Source of the DNA: Parcubacteria group bacterium CG1_02_40_25
GTDB lineage: Bacteria; Patescibacteriota; Minisyncoccia; Portnoybacterales; CG1-02-40-25
Assembly (NCBI GenBank): GCA_001872305.1
Contig: MNWF01000023.1
Span: 1-42,961 of the forward strand
Length of the DNA stretch: 42,961 nt
Direction of reading: 5' to 3'
Both the position numbers and the translations under genes were made by a program. Below, piece after piece: positions 39,228-42,961 of this stretch (the stretch's first letter is position 1; every line of letters starts with the position of its first letter). The notes under the pieces are model-generated. The model had not been told where the DNA came from. It made no database searches and saw nothing but the letters and a program-made list of their open reading frames with translations.

Positions 39228-39340
39228 GTCGTCCTGAGGGCGAAGCCCGAAGGATCTCACGCATTGTCATTCTGAATGAAGCGCAGCGTAGTGAAGAATC
39301 TCACGCCAGAGATCCTTCGGCTTGATGCCTCAGGATGACG
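39228..39340. repeat. Nested composite: delta module inserted in the loop of another palindromic element
   Basis: Outer arms gtcgtcctgagggcgaagcccgaaggatctc / gagatccttcggcttgatgcctcaggatgacg. Inner attgtcattctgaatgaagcgcagcgtagtgaagaatctc. Confidence 0.8.
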
Positions 39341-39391
39341 CAAGGCGTCAGATTCTTCGTCTGCGACTCAGGATAACGAGTATAAAAAATC

Positions 39392-39829
39392 ATGTCATCA
39401 CGTCACTTAGCGCGATCAGTTGCTTTGCAAATTCTTTACGAATGGGATTTTAAGAATCGCGACCCAGAAAAATTGGTTGAGATTATTGAACGTAATGTTC
39501 AAGAATTTGGCGTGGCTGCGGGGTTAGAAGACGATCAATTCATTCGCACATTAGTTAGCCGTGTATTGGAAAACTTAATAAAATTAGATGAATTGATCAC
39601 GCAATACGCGCCTGATTGGCCGTTAGATCAAATTACGATAGTTGATCGTAATATTCTCCGATTAGGGCTTTATGAATTGTTATTTGGTAATCACGATGAA
39701 GTGCCCCCAAAAGTGGCGATTAACGAAGCGATTGAGTTAGCCAAATCATTTGGCGGTGAAAGTTCTGGTAAATTTGTTAATGGGGTCTTGGGAGCGGTTT
39801 ATCGGGAAATAACTCAAAAACAAGAATAA
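39392..39829 (+). CDS. nusB: Transcription antitermination factor NusB
   Basis: [30 protein letters not shown].....FVNGVL. Confidence 0.9.
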   Translation: MSSRHLARSVALQILYEWDFKNRDPEKLVEIIERNVQEFGVAAGLEDDQFIRTLVSRVLENLIKLDELITQYAPDWPLDQITIVDRNILRLGLYELLFGNHDEVPPKVAINEAIELAKSFGGESSGKFVNGVLGAVYREITQKQE

Positions 39830-39830
39830 T

Positions 39831-39907
39831 AGGAATTAAGAATTAAGAATAAAGAATAAAGTTGCAAGATAATAGGCGCTTAATTCTTTATTCTTGATTC
39901 TCTATCC
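39831..39907. repeat. Short-period hairpin (7-nt units AATTAAG/AATAAAG) between nusB and rnc
   Basis: Left arm aattaag aattaag aataaag aataaag. Right arm cttaatt ctttatt cttgatt ct. Confidence 0.75.
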
Positions 39908-39916
39908 TTTTTTCGT

Positions 39917-40606
39917 ATGGTGAAAGATTTTTCTCTATTAGAAAAGAAGTTGGGCGTTAAGTTTAATAATCAAGATTTACTAAGGCAGGCGTTAGTCCAC
40001 CGTTCTTATTTAAATGAAAACCCAGATTGTGGTTTGGAGCATAACGAAAGAATGGAGTTTTTGGGGGACGCGGTGTTGGAGTTAGTGACCACAGAATATT
40101 TATTTAAAAATTATCCCAATCCCGAAGGCGAATTAACCGGCTATCGTTCGGCCTTAGTCAATAGTCATATGCTTTCTGAAATCGCCGTAGAACTTGGGAT
40201 TAATGATTTTTTGCTGTTGTCCCGTGGTGAAGCTCGGGATACGGGTAAGGCGCGAGAATGTATTTTGGCGAACGCTATGGAAGCAATTATTGGCGCGATG
40301 TATTTAGACGCGGAGTATAAGGTATCCGCGGATTTTATCACGCGCCATGTTTTAAAAGAACTGCCGCGCGTGCTTGAAGACAAGCTGTATGTTGATGCTA
40401 AAAGCGCTTTTCAAGAACAAGCGCAAGATCGGGTGGGCGTCACGCCGGTTTATGAGGTTTTAAAAGAGTGGGGGCCTGACCACGCTAAGCAATTTGAGAT
40501 CGGCGTATTTTTAGACAAAGAAATGGTGGCAACTGGTCAAGGTCTATCCAAGCAAGAAGCCCAACAAGAAGCAGCTCGTCGAGCGTTAGAAGTTAAAAAA
40601 TGGTAA
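39917..40606 (+). CDS. rnc: Ribonuclease III
   Basis: NERMEFLGDAVLELV catalytic signature and a C-terminal dsRBD (AKSAFQE...GQGLSKQEAQQEAARRAL). Confidence 0.95.
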   Translation: MVKDFSLLEKKLGVKFNNQDLLRQALVHRSYLNENPDCGLEHNERMEFLGDAVLELVTTEYLFKNYPNPEGELTGYRSALVNSHMLSEIAVELGINDFLLLSRGEARDTGKARECILANAMEAIIGAMYLDAEYKVSADFITRHVLKELPRVLEDKLYVDAKSAFQEQAQDRVGVTPVYEVLKEWGPDHAKQFEIGVFLDKEMVATGQGLSKQEAQQEAARRALEVKKW

Positions 40607-40611
40607 TAGAT

Positions 40612-40738
40612 AAAAATTTCAAATTACAAATATCAAATCACAAATAAATCTCAAATTCGAAGTCTCAAGACGTTTAGTCGTATTTGGAAATTGATTATTG
40701 GAATTTATTTGTTATTTGAGATTTGAGTTTTGGAATTT
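40612..40738. repeat. Short-period hairpin (7-nt units CAAAT-type) between rnc and rpsP
   Basis: Left arm tcaaatt acaaata tcaaatc acaaata aatctca aatt. Right arm atttatttgttatttgagatttgagttttggaattt. Confidence 0.7.
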
Positions 40739-40749
40739 TATATTATTTT

Positions 40750-41106
40750 ATGTTAAGCATTAGATTACACAAAGTTGGGAAAAAAAATCAGCCATATTAT
40801 CGTTTAGTGGTGTGTGAGAAAAAAACCAGCGCTCAAGGAAAATATCTAGAGTTGCTTGGTTCTTATAATCCACGAAGCAAAGAAATAAAACTTGAAAAAG
40901 AGCGGATTTTGCATTGGTTAAAAAATGGCGCTCAACCATCAGCCACAGTGAATAATATGTTGATTAAACAAGGCATGGTTAAAGGAGCCAAACAAAAAGT
41001 TTGGTATAACCACGAGAAAGACGAGGCGAAAAAAGCAGAAGAAGCTATTAAGGTTGCAGCCACGGCTATCCTTCAAGCGCCAGCTGAAGTTAAGCCAGAA
41101 GTTTAA
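40750..41106 (+). CDS. rpsP: 30S ribosomal protein S16 with a C-terminal extension
   Basis: MLSIRLHKVGKKNQPYYRLVV...GSYNP...WLKNGAQPS. I use the ATG at 40750 rather than the ORF-track start at 40723. Confidence 0.9.
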   Translation: MLSIRLHKVGKKNQPYYRLVVCEKKTSAQGKYLELLGSYNPRSKEIKLEKERILHWLKNGAQPSATVNNMLIKQGMVKGAKQKVWYNHEKDEAKKAEEAIKVAATAILQAPAEVKPEV

Positions 41107-41119
41107 TAATGAGGAGGAG

Positions 41120-41250
41120 TTGTCATGCTGAACACATGCGCTAAGTTTATACTAAGCGGAGATGAAGTCAGCAGTGTCTCCGACTTGTTTCAGCATCCAG
41201 TGCATAAACACGATCGCCTATTGGATCCTGAAATAAATTCAGGATGACAA
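41120..41250. repeat. TGTCAT element, alpha-type variant
   Basis: ttgtcatgctgaacacatg...ttgtttcagcatccagtgcataaaca...ttggatcctgaaataaattcaggatgacaa. Starts 14 nt after the rpsP stop. Confidence 0.8.
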
Positions 41251-41299
41251 ATAGGCATAAACGCGGTTTTAAATTTTAATTTTTTTTAATTTTTAACTT

Positions 41300-42382
41300 T
41301 TGCCTTTTGTTTTTCTGGTCATTACTTTGGATACTCTTTCTAAGTTTTTGATTCTAATTAGTTTGTTTTTGGTATCCGCGGGCGCTATTTTAGGCGGCCT
41401 GATTTTTTTACCGGGGCAACAATTGGAAGCAACAAATAATTCTCAACAGCAGGCGTTTAGTATTAACAATAAAAATGTTGATGAGTATTTTAATATTCCA
41501 CAACCCGCAAGCCAGATTCAACAACCCAAAGAGGCGGTTTTAATGTTCACTGGCGATATGATGTTAAGTCGTCGGGTCGGCGCTAAAACCGCTAAACAAG
41601 GCAATTGGCGCTGGCCTTTTTTACAAATCGGTGATTATTTGTCGCAAGCGGATTTGACTATTGGCAATTTAGAAAGCGTGATTTCTGATCAGGGGCATAA
41701 TGTAGGCTCGATTTACTCTTTTCGGGCAGACCCGCGCATGCTTGAGGGTCTAACTTTTGCTGGTTTTGATGTTTTGGATCCGGTTAATAATCATGTGGGC
41801 GATTGGACCCGTTTGGCTTTTGAAGATTCTACGGCTCGTTTGACTAATGCGGGCATTAGCAATTGTGGCGCTGGCGCTAATTTTGACGAGGCACATACGG
41901 CGGTTGTGCGCCAAGCTGGCTCAGCTAAAATTGGTTTTTTATGCTACACAGACATTGCGGCGGCCCCGCTTTTTGCTAAAGAAAATCAGTCGGGCGTGGC
42001 TAATATGGATTTAACCCAGCTTAAAAAAGATATTGAGTCTGCCAAGCAAAACGTCGATATCATAGTCGTGCAAATGCACACTGGCGTTGAATATCAGCCG
42101 CATCCCAACAGCAAACAGAAAACTTTTGCCAAAACAGCCATTGACGCTGGCGCGAATTTAGTGGTTGGCCATCATCCTCACGTGATCCAAGATTTTGAAC
42201 AATACAAAAATGGCTGGATTGCTTATTCTTTGGGTAATTTTATTTTTGATCAAGATTTTTCCGTTGAAACCCGTCATGGCCAAATTCTAAAAGTTACTTT
42301 GCGAGACAAAACTATTGAATCTGTGGACTTGATTGATGTCTATGATAGTTTAAATTTTCAGGTGAGTTTGAGCAAGGATTAA
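41300..42382 (+). CDS. CapA-family (poly-gamma-glutamate synthesis-type) metallophosphatase-like protein, membrane anchored
   Basis: MFTGDMMLSR, GNLES, NNHVGD, VQMHTGVEY, VVGHHPHV. TTG start is uncertain. Confidence 0.8.
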   Translation: MPFVFLVITLDTLSKFLILISLFLVSAGAILGGLIFLPGQQLEATNNSQQQAFSINNKNVDEYFNIPQPASQIQQPKEAVLMFTGDMMLSRRVGAKTAKQGNWRWPFLQIGDYLSQADLTIGNLESVISDQGHNVGSIYSFRADPRMLEGLTFAGFDVLDPVNNHVGDWTRLAFEDSTARLTNAGISNCGAGANFDEAHTAVVRQAGSAKIGFLCYTDIAAAPLFAKENQSGVANMDLTQLKKDIESAKQNVDIIVVQMHTGVEYQPHPNSKQKTFAKTAIDAGANLVVGHHPHVIQDFEQYKNGWIAYSLGNFIFDQDFSVETRHGQILKVTLRDKTIESVDLIDVYDSLNFQVSLSKD

Positions 42383-42417
42383 TTTTTTTAAACCCTGTAA
42401 CTTAATAGAATAATAAT

Positions 42418-42672
42418 ATGCAAAAACAATTTACAAAAGACGATGCCGAAAAAATCGGCAAGGCCATTGGTATTGATTTTAACAAGTATGATTTAGAGCA
42501 ATTTAGAATGGGGTTGGGGGTGGAATTAGAACATGGTAATTGTGATACCCAGACCAACATTACTAATGACGATGAAATAATGACTGGTAAAATTGCCTTG
42601 GCGCATCTTAAAGAAATTCCTGATTATTACACAAGTTTAGAAAAAATGGAAAAAGAAGCGGAAGAAGTTTAA
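42418..42672 (+). CDS. Small conserved hypothetical protein (DUF5661-like by memory)
   Basis: GLGVELEHG...TNITNDD...KIALAHLKEIPDYY pattern. Confidence 0.5.
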   Translation: MQKQFTKDDAEKIGKAIGIDFNKYDLEQFRMGLGVELEHGNCDTQTNITNDDEIMTGKIALAHLKEIPDYYTSLEKMEKEAEEV

Positions 42673-42961
42673 TTAATGGTGGATTCAAGTTTCTAATTCA
42701 ACAAATTTATTAAAAGCTTCGTAGGGAGTTTGCCAGTCCAAGGTCTTTCTGGGACGGCCATTCAAGAGATGCTGGACATGCTTAATTTGTTTACGGGATA
42801 CTTGGTTAAAATCAGTCCCCTTGGGAAAGAATTGCCGAATAAGTCCATTGGTGTTTTCATTAGTGCCTCGTTCCCATGGGCTGCCCGGATGGGCGAAATA
42901 CACTTTCATCTTGGTTTGCTTGGTAAATAGCCGATGTTCAAACATCTCTCGGCCCTGATCA
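42673..42961 (-). mobile_element. Partial IS30-family insertion sequence (one end only)
   Basis: The transposase stop lies 12 nt from the neighbouring gene's stop. The terminal inverted repeat could not be delimited without the other end. Confidence 0.6.
42685..42961 (-). CDS. IS30-family transposase, C-terminal part (ORF continues past the window edge)
   Basis: DQGREMF...[32 protein letters not shown]...[16 protein letters not shown] is a typical IS30 DDE C-terminus. The reading frame stays open to position 42961. Confidence 0.85.
   Translation of the reverse strand, partial: DQGREMFEHRLFTKQTKMKVYFAHPGSPWERGTNENTNGLIRQFFPKGTDFNQVSRKQIKHVQHLLNGRPRKTLDWQTPYEAFNKFVELET

Noticed and set aside
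1-42961. Alternative genetic code (for example UGA recoding, as in some candidate phyla).
   Set aside because: Conserved genes end at their expected C-termini on TGA (pheS, pheT, gatC) as well as TAA and TAG, and no in-frame TGA interrupts conserved domains.

Overview
This 42,961-bp window (roughly 40% GC by eye, standard genetic code since TGA, TAA and TAG all end conserved genes) is a compact housekeeping region. Gene content and style suggest an uncultivated reduced-genome bacterium of the Patescibacteria/CPR type; that placement is inference only. I call about 50 genes. They include a type IV pilin/pseudopilin module with a prepilin peptidase, ligA, gatCA, a three-tRNA cluster (two CAU tRNAs and Asp-GUC), pheST and gyrB. 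Next come secE-nusG-(four-helix-bundle gene)-rplK, tdk-cdd, gatB, miaA, a stand-alone receiver domain and a TRAM-less MiaB-like methylthiotransferase. Also present are thrS, dnaE, guaA, rnhB, a BrnT/BrnA toxin-antitoxin pair, a PolB-type 3'-5' exonuclease-like gene and a CDP-alcohol phosphatidyltransferase. The rest are an Mth938-like gene, a YgjP-like metallopeptidase, a 651-aa orphan, rpmF, nusB, rnc, rpsP, a CapA-family gene and a partial IS30 transposase at the right edge. The most unusual feature is the very high density of palindromic repeats, which fall into two architectures. (1) Hairpins whose two arms are mirror-image tandem arrays of 7-8 nt units (GTTAACGA-like, GTCTACG-like and others) occupy most gene junctions. 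(2) Modular MITE/RPE-like elements have TTGTCAT...ATGACAA termini. Both types also occur in frame, with no stop codons, inside at least eight conserved genes: pilD, ligA, gatB, miaA, the MiaB-like gene, thrS, rnhB and the ygjP-like gene. Some of these insertions lie next to catalytic motifs. A four-helix-bundle (S23/Avd-like) gene sits between the two arms of one such hairpin, inside the nusG-rplK junction.
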